From the NCBI GenBank assembly GCA_041652575.1, contig JBAZHC010000003.1, forward strand, positions 143,052 to 207,051: 64,000 nucleotides of DNA, in the 5' to 3' direction. This document shows, one piece after another, positions 46,539 to 57,077 of the stretch (position 1 is the stretch's first letter; every line of letters starts with the position of its first letter). A model generated the notes under the pieces. That model was not told the origin of the DNA. It searched no databases and was given only the letters and a program-made list of their open reading frames with translations. This DNA comes from Phycisphaerae bacterium (GTDB lineage Bacteria; Planctomycetota; Phycisphaerae; Sedimentisphaerales; UBA12454). The position numbers and the translations under genes are program-made.

Positions 46539-48007
46539 GCGAAGTCGCACCGATACAACATCTGGCAGGCCATTTGGGCGGAATAGATTTAATAATAGTC
46601 GGTTTGGCGGTTCTTTTCCTCTTTGTCATTTCCTATATTTTTGGACGCAAAGAAAAAAATACAAATGATTTCTTTCTCGGTGAAAGAAAAGTTCCTTCGA
46701 TTGTAGCGTGCCTGTCTTTTGTCGCAACTGAAGTCAGCGCACTGACGATTGTCGGCGTGCCTGCAACTGCTTACAGCGAAAACTGGGAGTATCTTCAGTT
46801 CTTTGTCGGTTCGGCAGCAGCGAGAATTCTCGTAGCGTTTTTGTTTATTCCTGTTTTTTACAAATACAACTGCACAAGCATTTATGAGTTTTTAAGGCAC
46901 CGTTTCGGGCCGGAAACGCAATATGCCGGTTCGATTTTCTTTTTCATTACACGATTGATAGCGTCAGGAGTCAGATTGTACGCCGCCTGTCTGGGAATTG
47001 GCATTATCATGGGCTGGAATCTGGCGCAGGCATTATTAGTCTTTACAGTTGTGAGTATAATTTTTATCGCGTTCGGCGGAGTAAAAGCTGTTGTCTGGGC
47101 AGGAGCCTATCAAACGATTATCTTTTTCTCGGCAGGTATAGCATTATTGATATACCTTTATTTGCATATTGAAGGAGATCTATCAACCATTTGGCAAACC
47201 GCAAACCAGGCAGGCCGATTAAGCATATTCAACTTAGACTTAAATTTCAATGACCCCACAACTTTCTGGGCAGGCACCGCAAACGCCTTTTTTATCGGTT
47301 TGGCGGTTTTCGGCACAGACCAGGAACTTATGCAGCGATTGCTTACCGTTCAAACCAGAAGGAAAAGTCAAAATGCGATTTTTATGACGATAGCGGCTGC
47401 GTTTCCGATTCTCTGCATATATCTTGCAATCGGCACTTTGCTTTATGTGTTTTTTCAGCAGAATCCTAATATCCCCTCCCCGGACAAGGCCAAAGAGGTT
47501 CTTTCCTACTTTACGGCGAATTTCCTGCCTGCAGGATTAAAGGGACTGATACTTTCAGCAATCATATTAGCCAGTATCGATTCGCCGCTTAGTTCACTAT
47601 CGTCATCGTTTGTGATGGACATTTACCGGCCGCTCATCAAAAAAGCGGCATCAGAAAAACATTATTTAATAGTCTCAAGAACAGGCGTAATAGTCTTCGG
47701 TTTGATTTTAGCCGGTCTGGCTTTTGCCTGCCAGCCGGTCGAAAATATTCTGTGGTTCGCGTTCCAGATAATTTCGCTTACCGGCGGAGCTACACTGGGC
47801 GTTTTCCTATTCGGCGTTCTTACAAAAAGAAAAGGAAATATGGGCAACGTCGCTTCAATGATTATCAGCACGCTGTCTATGACAGCGCTTTTACTTTTAT
47901 CTTACAGCGGGCATATAAACCTGGCATGGAGCTGGCTGATAGTCCTGGGAACAGCGGAAACATTCTTTTTGAGTTTGATTTTCAGCAGTTCACAAAGTAC
48001 TGTCTAA
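46535..48007 (+). CDS. Sodium:solute symporter family transporter
   Basis: Multi-TM SSF pattern. The start overlaps the murQ stop (ATGA), so it belongs to the same operon. Confidence 0.8.
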   Translation: MSEVAPIQHLAGHLGGIDLIIVGLAVLFLFVISYIFGRKEKNTNDFFLGERKVPSIVACLSFVATEVSALTIVGVPATAYSENWEYLQFFVGSAAARILVAFLFIPVFYKYNCTSIYEFLRHRFGPETQYAGSIFFFITRLIASGVRLYAACLGIGIIMGWNLAQALLVFTVVSIIFIAFGGVKAVVWAGAYQTIIFFSAGIALLIYLYLHIEGDLSTIWQTANQAGRLSIFNLDLNFNDPTTFWAGTANAFFIGLAVFGTDQELMQRLLTVQTRRKSQNAIFMTIAAAFPILCIYLAIGTLLYVFFQQNPNIPSPDKAKEVLSYFTANFLPAGLKGLILSAIILASIDSPLSSLSSSFVMDIYRPLIKKAASEKHYLIVSRTGVIVFGLILAGLAFACQPVENILWFAFQIISLTGGATLGVFLFGVLTKRKGNMGNVASMIISTLSMTALLLLSYSGHINLAWSWLIVLGTAETFFLSLIFSSSQSTV

Positions 48008-48009
48008 TC

Positions 48010-49257
48010 TTATCTTCTCCGCCGGCGCTGAGGACCGTGTTTTTTGCCGCCATAAGAAAAAACTTTCTTTGTGTGCCCTGATGGGCGAGGTCTGTCTTCG
48101 GACTGCCTTTGCGGTGCGGCATGGACAGAGTAATCAAAGTCCGGACATTTTTCCATCTTGAATCTGCGGCCGATAAATTTTTCAATCTGACGAATATATT
48201 TTTCCTCATCGCGAGAAACAAATGTAATCGCGTCGCCTTTGGCTGTGGCCCGGCCGGTACGGCCGATACGATGAATATAATCCTCGGCAAATACGGGCAC
48301 ATCGAAATTTATGACGTGTGAAATTCCCTCGACGTCTATGCCGCGTGCGGCGATATCGGTCGCAACCATAACCTGGAATTTGCCGCCCTTAAAGCCATCC
48401 ATTGCCCTGCGTCGCTGGCCCTGAGTCCGGTCGGAGTGTATCGCAATTGATTTAACGCCTGCCCGCTCGAGGCAATGACTAATTCTATCTGCGCCGTGCT
48501 TGGTACGGGAAAAAACAAGTATGCTGTACATTCCGCCTTTTTGAATCATGTGCAGCAGAATATCCAGTTTCTGCTCCCTGGGGACAGGATATATATGCTG
48601 TGTAATAGTATCGATTGGGTTATGCTGCTGACCTATCTGAATTATTTTCGGATGATTCTGTATTCCGGCGGCCAGGGTCTTTACCTGTGGCGGTATTGTG
48701 GCGGAAAAAAGCAGCGTTTGACGTTTTGTCGGAACGGCGGCAATAATTCTCCGCACATCGTTGATAAATCCCATATCGAACATACGGTCGGCTTCGTCAA
48801 GAACAAGCACTTCAACGTGCCTCAGGTCGATGCTCCGCCGCTGCATATGGTCGAGAAGACGACCCGGCGTTGCAACAACAATGTCAACGCCTCTGCGAAG
48901 CGCGGTAAGCTGATTCACAATACTCACGCCGCCGTAAACGGTAAGAGTGCGCATATTCAGGAATCTGCCGTAGCCGATGATACACTGTTCGATTTGCAGC
49001 GCCAGCTCACGAGTCGGAGTAAGAATCAACGCTTTTATATTTTTGTTTTTGGACGCATGCTCGTGACTGAGCCTATTTAAAATAGGCAGTACAAAAGCGG
49101 CGGTTTTGCCTGTGCCGGTCTGGGCGCAGCCGATAATATCACTGCCTTCAATGGCGGCTGGAATAACCTGAGACTGAATTTCTGTCGGAGCCGTATAACC
49201 GGTAGCAAGAATACCGCGTACGAGCGGATCGGAAAGACCAAGTAATTTAAATGGCAT
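48010..49257 (-). CDS. rhlE: DEAD-box ATP-dependent RNA helicase, RhlE-like, with a basic C-terminal tail
   Basis: Q-motif TEIQ, AQTGTGKTAAF, DEAD (VLDEADRM), SAT and HRIGRTGRA. The start is moved to the ATG at 49257 (MPFKLLGLSDPL). Confidence 0.9.
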   Translation of the reverse strand: MPFKLLGLSDPLVRGILATGYTAPTEIQSQVIPAAIEGSDIIGCAQTGTGKTAAFVLPILNRLSHEHASKNKNIKALILTPTRELALQIEQCIIGYGRFLNMRTLTVYGGVSIVNQLTALRRGVDIVVATPGRLLDHMQRRSIDLRHVEVLVLDEADRMFDMGFINDVRRIIAAVPTKRQTLLFSATIPPQVKTLAAGIQNHPKIIQIGQQHNPIDTITQHIYPVPREQKLDILLHMIQKGGMYSILVFSRTKHGADRISHCLERAGVKSIAIHSDRTQGQRRRAMDGFKGGKFQVMVATDIAARGIDVEGISHVINFDVPVFAEDYIHRIGRTGRATAKGDAITFVSRDEEKYIRQIEKFIGRRFKMEKCPDFDYSVHAAPQRQSEDRPRPSGHTKKVFSYGGKKHGPQRRRRR

Positions 49258-49582
49258 ATTAGAAAATCCTAAAACAAGAACAGTGGGACTTACACCCGGA
49301 AAATTAAACGCAGCCAATACAAGGTCAAACGCCTTATTGGCCGCTTATATTATCAATTTATAACTTCAATGTCCAGATTATAACATCTCTTAACATTGAA
49401 AGAAGCAAAAACTTTCCCATCTCCGGTCTGGATTATAATTAACCGCTGATATGGCATTTTTAGTGCCAATTCGGGCATTTTTACTTTTGGCAGGTACAGC
49501 AATTCTAACGGATTGTTTGGTGGAAACGCTAATAACTCAGACCGCAGGCGTTTTCAACCGTTTATTTTACAAGAGGTGGAGT

Positions 49583-50923
49583 TTAATCTAAATCCTTCTT
49601 TACCGCTTCCGGGAGAAGTTTAAAAATGCCTGTTATTAAATCCTGAGCCTTTTTGGTACTGCCGGACAGTAAATAATCACGGGCTTTATCGATTTGCCCG
49701 GCCATATCGGGATTCAGCGATTTAACCATTTTCCTCAAAGAATATATCTGAGACGGAATACGGATGGAATCTTTGTCAAACTCAAAAGACTTCAATTTAC
49801 CAGCGTATTCCGCAATTGTTTCCAGCTCGCGATAACCATATCCTTCCACTCCGAACTCAGGATGCAGCACGACGTTCCTGACAGGCTCAACTGTTCCGCC
49901 TTCATTTAAATCGTTCCATGTAGCAATCTGAATAAATTTGACGTTATGTTTTAAACAATCTTCCCACGTTGCACGAAATTTATCTCCATTCCTGCGAGGT
50001 GTAATTCCGATTGCCCCGTCACTGCCCCATCCGCCGCAGCCGCGATTATCAAAACCCGGCAGAACGACACCTGATAAAAATGAAAATCTGTCGTAACTGC
50101 CAATCGCCTTTTCGGCATCTTCCCAGAAAACAGGTATCGAGTCGCAATCGCCGTGATAAGTACAGCCCCACGGCATAACCGATTCATATCCCTGAAATTC
50201 ATTAACGGTTCTGTGTTTGTGCCAGTCGTGAATAAAAACAGGTCCTGGTTTTATGGAATTAAGCACTTCATTCCATTCAGCAGAATTCAGCCATGGCTGA
50301 TTTATATCTTTCCCCGGACTGCCCCATGCAAAATTAGTCAATACCGGACGATTGTCTATTTTTAAATATGCAGGCGAACTGAACCATTCTTTTTTCAGAT
50401 ACTTAATTATTTCCTTGCCGCGAGTTATGGCATCTTTGCGACTTTTGACTCCTGTGGAAATGGGCGGAAACATTGACCGGTCTTCCCAGCATATCATCAC
50501 CTTGAAATTTAATTTCTCGGCTGCCTGCCGCATCGCAGCAAAACCAATATTGTCATAAGGATGTTCGGCAGACGGGTCGGGACCATACCAATCGGCCACA
50601 AACGCATCTATTCCCGCCAGTTTCGCAAGCAGGATATGATATTCGCATAAATCAGGGTCAGCGGAATCGTAAGGACCAATAACAGGATAATAAACTGAAG
50701 ATATGTCACGGCAATTGTTCTGCAAAATTTTATCAGGCCGGTGCCAGTATTCTTGTGGAATAGCAGGACGGTTTACCTGCCAGAATCCCCATGAACCGGA
50801 TATGTCAGGCGTTTGATACCACGACATATAATGAGCAACTATAATTGGTTTGCTTATATCGTTAGAGGCTGTCAGATTGGTGTTTAAGGAAATAAGAATC
50901 AAAAAAGCTAAAAAAAAACTCAT
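49583..50923 (-). CDS. Secreted GH99-like glycoside hydrolase (endo-alpha-mannosidase fold; family tentative), paralog 1
   Basis: Signal peptide. Motifs are VAHYMSWY, SVYYPVIGPYDSADPDLCEYHILLAKLAGIDAFVADWYG and IQIATWNDLNEGGTVEP. The ATG at 50923 overlaps the upstream stop (TAATG). Confidence 0.55.
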   Translation of the reverse strand: MSFFLAFLILISLNTNLTASNDISKPIIVAHYMSWYQTPDISGSWGFWQVNRPAIPQEYWHRPDKILQNNCRDISSVYYPVIGPYDSADPDLCEYHILLAKLAGIDAFVADWYGPDPSAEHPYDNIGFAAMRQAAEKLNFKVMICWEDRSMFPPISTGVKSRKDAITRGKEIIKYLKKEWFSSPAYLKIDNRPVLTNFAWGSPGKDINQPWLNSAEWNEVLNSIKPGPVFIHDWHKHRTVNEFQGYESVMPWGCTYHGDCDSIPVFWEDAEKAIGSYDRFSFLSGVVLPGFDNRGCGGWGSDGAIGITPRRNGDKFRATWEDCLKHNVKFIQIATWNDLNEGGTVEPVRNVVLHPEFGVEGYGYRELETIAEYAGKLKSFEFDKDSIRIPSQIYSLRKMVKSLNPDMAGQIDKARDYLLSGSTKKAQDLITGIFKLLPEAVKKDLD

Positions 50924-52836
50924 TATTCCTCGAGCCAATTTTCAGAAATTACAGCTAAATCACGAATTCCATAGCCATTTCGCCAGCTCTGACCGATTAA
51001 GACCAAATCCTTAAAATTAACTTTACCATCGTGCGAATAATCACCCGGCTGATAAGCTGTCAGTGAACCTTCTCCTGTCCAATACGTTACCGAATCGATA
51101 TCAAAGAAATTAGCCCAGAACGAGACAATTTCCCCGGCCTGTGCATACTGACCCGCCTTGATATAATCACAGGCAGTTTGCATATCAGACAATACATAAG
51201 GACTGTTTGTAATATCCCTGATTTTATAAATCCATATCGGCACATTAAAATCAGGAATCGGTGAATTGGGAAGATTTTGAAATTCTGCTGTTTTCAAAAA
51301 TGTTTTCTCAAGATATAAGTTGCCGAATTCAACTGAAGATTCGATTATCGTACCTTCAAACCAATCGTTCCACGTCGCAATCTGCACAACAGGCAGATTA
51401 TTATCAATCGCCCAATTCCATGCGGCATCATACAACTGACCATTATATCTCGGCATTAAACGGGGCCCATCGCCCCAGCCCCAGACCGCGTAATCATCAA
51501 ATCCGGGCCATACTCCGGACATATAAAAATCAGCAAGATTGTTTTTAAGAAGATATTGCCCGAACACCCTGTCGTCATACATCGTGCCGTTATTATCCAC
51601 CATATCACAGTAGCCAACGTAAGGATACAACTCAGGAGGCGCAGAATATAATTGCGGCCAATCGAACTGGCCGTTAAGAACTCCGACATGGTCCGGGTCT
51701 TTAAACCACTGACGCATTATAACAGGTCTGTTTTCCGCAGAAAATGTATTCAGCCACGTTGTAATTTCCGCAGGCAGCAGGCAACTTATTCCTTTGCCTG
51801 CGATATCATATTCATAACTGAAAAGCAAAAACAACGGCCTTGTGCCGGTAACATAATATTGTCTGCCGGAATTATTAAACAGTGCCAGCCAGTTGTTCAT
51901 ATCACCGTAAGCTCTCGCAACCGCGACCGCTCTTGTCGTGGCACCGCTATCCCATATCCAGTGAGCTTTGTCCTCATAGCAAATCACAGCCTTTAACCCG
52001 TACTGCGACATAATATCAAGATAATTGGTTATCATATTAACCGTGTTCATATCCATACTATAATAGCCCAGGTCAAATATGACTCCGCCGATGCCGGCCA
52101 TCTTTAAACTCTGGCAATGATATTCCACAAGACAAGGGTCCTTCATATCATAGTAACCAACCGAAGGATAATAAACCGACGCGATATCCGGCTTGCCATT
52201 GGCATCAAGTACGAGCGGATTATGGCTGTAAGAATTCCATCCCGACCAGCTTCCGCTGTATTGCGGCGTTCTGAATCCGGTCATCTCGTGACCAAAAACA
52301 ATTTTTGGAGCCGCTGTCGTCAAAGCGGTTGGTTTCCAGTAGCCCGGCCCTTCTTTGACATGTATCTTATCGAAAATAAATCCGCTGCCGATGCTGCCGT
52401 AAAGCCTGATTCGAATCCAGTAATATTCTGCGTTCGTTATATTATTCTGCGCAGCCAGAGTCGCAACGCTTTCGAGGACCTGTGTATTTGTATCGTTTCT
52501 TTGAGATGCCCACTGAACTTCGCCAATAAGTATCTTGGAGCTGTTGAAATATAAAATCCACAGCGAATACTGCCCTGATGCTATCGAAGCGGAAGGCTTG
52601 ATTTCCACCCTGTCATTATAGTTGCGAACCCTGACAAAACAGCAATCGTACCAGTTGACTATTGTATCGCCAGAAGCGGTTTTATTCATACTTACAGTAC
52701 CATTGCCGTTTGCCGTAACCGAGGAATTCAGAGCAGGATTTAAAAGCGTAGTATTGTCGAGGTTGTCTATTATCTCAGCCTGACAGTAACCGCTGAATAA
52801 AATTAAAAACAAAAATGTTACTAATCTTTTGCCCAT
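50923..52836 (-). CDS. Secreted GH99-like glycoside hydrolase, paralog 2, with an N-terminal beta-sandwich (CBM-like) region and a C-terminal dockerin-like tail
   Basis: The ATG at 52836 is 1 nt after the upstream stop. Signal peptide is MGKRLVTFLFLILFSGYCQA. Motifs are SVYYPSVGYYDMKDPCLVEYH and VQIATWNDWFEGTIIES. The tail is PGDYSHDGKVNFKDLVLIGQSWRNGYGIRDLAVISENWLEE. Confidence 0.55.
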   Translation of the reverse strand: MGKRLVTFLFLILFSGYCQAEIIDNLDNTTLLNPALNSSVTANGNGTVSMNKTASGDTIVNWYDCCFVRVRNYNDRVEIKPSASIASGQYSLWILYFNSSKILIGEVQWASQRNDTNTQVLESVATLAAQNNITNAEYYWIRIRLYGSIGSGFIFDKIHVKEGPGYWKPTALTTAAPKIVFGHEMTGFRTPQYSGSWSGWNSYSHNPLVLDANGKPDIASVYYPSVGYYDMKDPCLVEYHCQSLKMAGIGGVIFDLGYYSMDMNTVNMITNYLDIMSQYGLKAVICYEDKAHWIWDSGATTRAVAVARAYGDMNNWLALFNNSGRQYYVTGTRPLFLLFSYEYDIAGKGISCLLPAEITTWLNTFSAENRPVIMRQWFKDPDHVGVLNGQFDWPQLYSAPPELYPYVGYCDMVDNNGTMYDDRVFGQYLLKNNLADFYMSGVWPGFDDYAVWGWGDGPRLMPRYNGQLYDAAWNWAIDNNLPVVQIATWNDWFEGTIIESSVEFGNLYLEKTFLKTAEFQNLPNSPIPDFNVPIWIYKIRDITNSPYVLSDMQTACDYIKAGQYAQAGEIVSFWANFFDIDSVTYWTGEGSLTAYQPGDYSHDGKVNFKDLVLIGQSWRNGYGIRDLAVISENWLEE

Positions 52837-52837
52837 A

Positions 52838-54079
52838 TTAAAGCTTTTCGGCAAGGGTCTTCGCCTTGCCAAAATCCTTTTCAAAAAGGGCCTTGCTTAA
52901 TTCATCAAGAATTGCCTTGTCAGATTTACTTTCTTTCCTTGCCTTGTAAAGCTTCAGCGGTATTTTCAAAACATCGTTTGGAACATTATCTTCAACACCC
53001 TTGTATTTAGCCACGTACTTTTTATTCATCTCAAGATACTTGTAACCATATTTATCGCACGGCTCAATCTGCGTACCCTCGTTCCAGTCGTTCCATGTTA
53101 TTATTTGAACGACATCGACATTATTATCAATCGACATCTGCCAGGTCAGGTCAAATCTTTTGCCGTCGTATCTCGGCGCTTTTCTTGCACCGGTTCCCCA
53201 GCCCCAAACAGGAGTATCGTCAAAGCCGGGCGTTACCCCGCCGAATACAATTTCATCTTTAATCTGCTGATTTTTTACTTTAAAGAAATCAGTATAAACA
53301 TTTTTGCAAAAATCAAGGTCGCTGCTGTTTGTCTTCGGGTCGAAACTGCCGACCCAGAAATATTTTCCACCGGCGGCTTGACCGAATTGCTGATAAGCGC
53401 CGAGGTCAAAAATCAGCTTAACAGGCGTATCTTTGAAAGCTTCCGATATCCTGAGCCATTCAGTAGGATTGAACCACTGATCCGGAACTTTCCTGAAAAC
53501 AAGAACAGGCTTTACGCCGTTAACCGTTCCATAAAAAGATTTATTCAGAAACGTTTCAGTCATCCACTGCAATTCATCCTGAGCGGCTTTAATTTCCGCC
53601 TCCCTGTCGGCAAATGTGCCCTTAGGCCAATAACCGCACCATTCCTCGAAACACATCATCAATTTCATATTATATTTTTCGAGGTACGGCAGAATTGACA
53701 TCAAACCTTCGTGGCGGTATTTATTTATCCTTCTTCCGTCCCAGTCGACGATTATGCCGTCTATCCCGCTTAACTTCATCAGCAGGAACTGATATTCGAG
53801 AATATCGGGGTCTGAAGTATCATACGGCCCTGTGAGCGGATAACTGGTTACCGCCAAATCGCGTTTGCCATCAAGAAAAATAACATTGGGGTCGTGCGGG
53901 CTTTGCTTCCAGTCCGAATTCCACATTTCCCATCTGCCGGAAAATTCCACAGTCTTGAACCATGTAACAAAATGAGCGTAAACTTCCTTTTTGCTGCCGC
54001 CGGTTTCCTGCGAAAAAACACAACTAAAGCAGAAAATCAAACAGGCAAAAACTACCAGAAGTTTTCTTTTCAATTCCAT
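52838..54079 (-). CDS. Secreted GH99-like glycoside hydrolase, paralog 3
   Basis: Signal peptide. Motifs are VYAHFVTWF, TSYPLTGPYDTSDPDILEYQFLLMKLSGIDGIIVDWDG and VQIITWNDWNEGTQIEP. Confidence 0.55.
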   Translation of the reverse strand: MELKRKLLVVFACLIFCFSCVFSQETGGSKKEVYAHFVTWFKTVEFSGRWEMWNSDWKQSPHDPNVIFLDGKRDLAVTSYPLTGPYDTSDPDILEYQFLLMKLSGIDGIIVDWDGRRINKYRHEGLMSILPYLEKYNMKLMMCFEEWCGYWPKGTFADREAEIKAAQDELQWMTETFLNKSFYGTVNGVKPVLVFRKVPDQWFNPTEWLRISEAFKDTPVKLIFDLGAYQQFGQAAGGKYFWVGSFDPKTNSSDLDFCKNVYTDFFKVKNQQIKDEIVFGGVTPGFDDTPVWGWGTGARKAPRYDGKRFDLTWQMSIDNNVDVVQIITWNDWNEGTQIEPCDKYGYKYLEMNKKYVAKYKGVEDNVPNDVLKIPLKLYKARKESKSDKAILDELSKALFEKDFGKAKTLAEKL

Positions 54080-54082
54080 TTA

Positions 54083-55222
54083 TTAATCGCTTTCATTACC
54101 GGGCCCGGTAACTGGACAACTCAATAGATAATTAATTAAATCATCGACTTTACAGGTTGCAAGTCCTACATATTTATCGGCTGCCCCGTAATATACAAAT
54201 AACTTATTATCAATAATAACTTTGCCGCACGGAAATACCACACCGCCGCCAGAGTAGCAGCCCTGCGTCTCATAATCCGTTTCAGGCTGTAAAATCCAGT
54301 CCCTTGTCCTGTATTTTACCTTTGTCGGGTCTTCCAAATCAAGCAGTATGGCCCCAAGACGGTAATATTTGTCTTTTCCGACCGCGTGATATATCGTAAG
54401 CCAGCCGGCATCAGTTCGTATCGGCGGCGTATTACCTCCTATTTTCAATTCCCACGGAAATGTCGCCTTCGCCAGTAATTTGCTCTTTTTAAAAGCCAGC
54501 ATATCATCGGCAGATGAAATCCATATCGCCGGGTAGTCAGTGCCGTATTCTTTTCCGCACCACTCCATCGGCCTGTGAAGCATATAAAATTTTCCGCCGA
54601 TTTTTTCCGGGAACAGGACAACATCTCTGTCATCCATCATCGGGTCAGTGAGCCGGCCTGCTCTTATAAAATTTTTAAAATCTTTTGTTATCAGCAAATG
54701 CGATGTCGTGTGATTTTCTCTGACACAAAGCGGAAACTCATCCGAACAATCCGGGCTTTTATAACATTTGCCGTCATTGAGCCAGTATTCGCCCGGCGGA
54801 AAAACTCTTGTCGCATAGGTTATATAATAGAACTGTCCCATCTTCACTATTCGAGGGTCTTCCATACATCCGCCGTCGAGGCCATCGGCACTGGGTGAAA
54901 TCACCGGTTTATCGAAACGATGAAAATTATATCCATCCCTGCTGACAGCCAATCCAAAACGCACAACATGTCTGGAGTCGTTTCCTGCTGCACGATACAG
55001 CAAGTTGACAACGCCTGATTGCCTGTCATACCATGCGCCGGGATTGGTCGTAACAAAGCTTTCCCACTGATTGGCAGGATTCGGCGAAATAACAGGATTG
55101 CCTTCGAAACGCTGCAGTTTGACCGAAGCTCTGCGGCTTTTAATGTTCACATAAGCCAAATCCGACTTTACCTTTCCACTGCTCGTCCCTGCATTGTTGG
55201 TTGTTTCTTTAAAAATACTCAT
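54083..55222 (-). CDS. GH130-family glycosidase / beta-mannoside phosphorylase-like protein
   Basis: FEGNPVISP...TTNPGAWY...LYRAAG...RFGLAVSRDGYNF...CMEDPRIV...YYITYA is the five-bladed GH130 pattern. There is no signal peptide. Confidence 0.75.
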   Translation of the reverse strand: MSIFKETTNNAGTSSGKVKSDLAYVNIKSRRASVKLQRFEGNPVISPNPANQWESFVTTNPGAWYDRQSGVVNLLYRAAGNDSRHVVRFGLAVSRDGYNFHRFDKPVISPSADGLDGGCMEDPRIVKMGQFYYITYATRVFPPGEYWLNDGKCYKSPDCSDEFPLCVRENHTTSHLLITKDFKNFIRAGRLTDPMMDDRDVVLFPEKIGGKFYMLHRPMEWCGKEYGTDYPAIWISSADDMLAFKKSKLLAKATFPWELKIGGNTPPIRTDAGWLTIYHAVGKDKYYRLGAILLDLEDPTKVKYRTRDWILQPETDYETQGCYSGGGVVFPCGKVIIDNKLFVYYGAADKYVGLATCKVDDLINYLLSCPVTGPGNESD

Positions 55223-55240
55223 TCTAAACCTTTTAAATTG

Positions 55241-57037
55241 TTATTCTTTCTCGAGTTTCCTGAACCAGTTAAAATGCAGGAACACCGACGTTACGAACGT
55301 TACAGCGATCGTAATAAACATAGATTTATAATCCTTAATAATCAAATATATCGATATGAGCGGCATTGAAAGCTGCCAGATAATTCCGACGGTAATATTC
55401 ACCATATCACGTTTGAAATCCTTGTTTTTTTCAAAGGACGGATTATCTTTCAGAACCATCTGATGCACAGGTTTCCAAAAGCCCCACGGCCGAACATCCG
55501 AATAAAACTTCTTCAGCGTTTCATCATCTTCCGGTTTTGTAAGCAGACTCACCGCAATGGAAGCGATACCGCTTGCAAGCAGAATAAACGGAAAACTGTT
55601 AATTGCAGTAAGTTTCGGAAATGCCATTGGGAACACAAGCGATGCGACGACTCCGGCGGCCATTCCCGCAAAATAACCAAAACCGTTGAGCCGCCACCAG
55701 TACCATTTCAGGACATTAGGCGCAAGATATCCGCCATATAATCCCGCGACCAGCCACATAGTAACCGAGCCGATGGATTTGGCCATATATCCGAAGAGAA
55801 TTCCCACGGTGACAACAAGAATCGTACATATATAACTTACATAAACATATTTTTTCTCATTGGCATCAGGATTTATATAACGTTTATAAATATCTATAAC
55901 AATATATGCTGTACCGGCGTTAACCGTGGAATCGAAAGTGCTCATAAACGCCGCAAGCAGCCCGGCAAGCATCAGTCCCACAATGCCGACCGGCAAAAAG
56001 TTATTAACGATGTAAGGCAGTATCTGTTCAAAATCAACATTGCTGCCCATCGCGTTCAACTGAGGAGTATAATATACGAGAGCAAGTACCGTAACACCTG
56101 TTATGAGCATATAGCGGGGTATAAACTGAGTAATCGAAACAAACCAGCTCATAAGAGCGGCTTCACGCGGACTCTTGGTTGACAGAACCCGCTGCATATC
56201 ATAATTAGGACACGGCCCTGCCATACTGGCTAAAATTCCCTTAAATAAAATCATCATAAAGAAAATCCCAAAAAGGCCGAAGCCGTCCTCAGCCATTTTG
56301 CCGTTCAAACTATCCACAAGGCCGGACCAGTCAATATGCAGGTTCCAGCCAAACCCGAGATTGTGCCAATCTGCCGGTACAGCAGCAGTAATCTGAGCCG
56401 CTGTAGTCCTGTTCATCGCTATAAATGCGACTATGAACGAAGTAACAACCATTATGACATATTTCAGCGCATCGGTCAGAACCACACTGTACATACCGCC
56501 TGTTATTACATACACCGTCGTAATAGCCATAATAATCACGGCATAAGTATTAGGAGATAAATGCCACGGCATGAATATGGCGGCAAACTTACCCACGCCT
56601 TTAAAATCATAACCGATGAAACCGACAACAGAAACCAGCGCGAAAAACACAACACTGAGATGTGATAATCTCGCGCCAGAATCGTTTCCGAATCTTGTAT
56701 TTATCCACGCAGCTCCCGTTAAAACGTTCGACCTTCTTAACCAGATGGAAAGATATACCATTCCGAATATCTGATTAAACGTCGGCCAAATCCACGGTAT
56801 CCAGGCGCTTTTTAAACCATAAGCAAACAACAGATACACCAGCCACATCGTGCCGGTGATATCGAACATACTCGATGAATTGGATATGCCCAGCAGATAC
56901 CATGGTATTCGATTGCCCGCGAGAAAATACGAACCGACATTCTTTGATGCAAGTTTGGAAAAAAGGAAACCGACTACTACAACTACTACTATATAAATGC
57001 CTATAATTACAATATCAACGGTATGTAAATTCATCAA
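55241..57037 (-). CDS. Sodium:solute symporter family transporter
   Basis: 598 aa, multi-TM SSF pattern. It lies directly upstream of the GH130 gene. Confidence 0.8.
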   Translation of the reverse strand: MMNLHTVDIVIIGIYIVVVVVVGFLFSKLASKNVGSYFLAGNRIPWYLLGISNSSSMFDITGTMWLVYLLFAYGLKSAWIPWIWPTFNQIFGMVYLSIWLRRSNVLTGAAWINTRFGNDSGARLSHLSVVFFALVSVVGFIGYDFKGVGKFAAIFMPWHLSPNTYAVIIMAITTVYVITGGMYSVVLTDALKYVIMVVTSFIVAFIAMNRTTAAQITAAVPADWHNLGFGWNLHIDWSGLVDSLNGKMAEDGFGLFGIFFMMILFKGILASMAGPCPNYDMQRVLSTKSPREAALMSWFVSITQFIPRYMLITGVTVLALVYYTPQLNAMGSNVDFEQILPYIVNNFLPVGIVGLMLAGLLAAFMSTFDSTVNAGTAYIVIDIYKRYINPDANEKKYVYVSYICTILVVTVGILFGYMAKSIGSVTMWLVAGLYGGYLAPNVLKWYWWRLNGFGYFAGMAAGVVASLVFPMAFPKLTAINSFPFILLASGIASIAVSLLTKPEDDETLKKFYSDVRPWGFWKPVHQMVLKDNPSFEKNKDFKRDMVNITVGIIWQLSMPLISIYLIIKDYKSMFITIAVTFVTSVFLHFNWFRKLEKE

Positions 57038-57077
57038 CGATTCATCCTAAAGAATTAAATAGTCGGTCTTAAAAATT

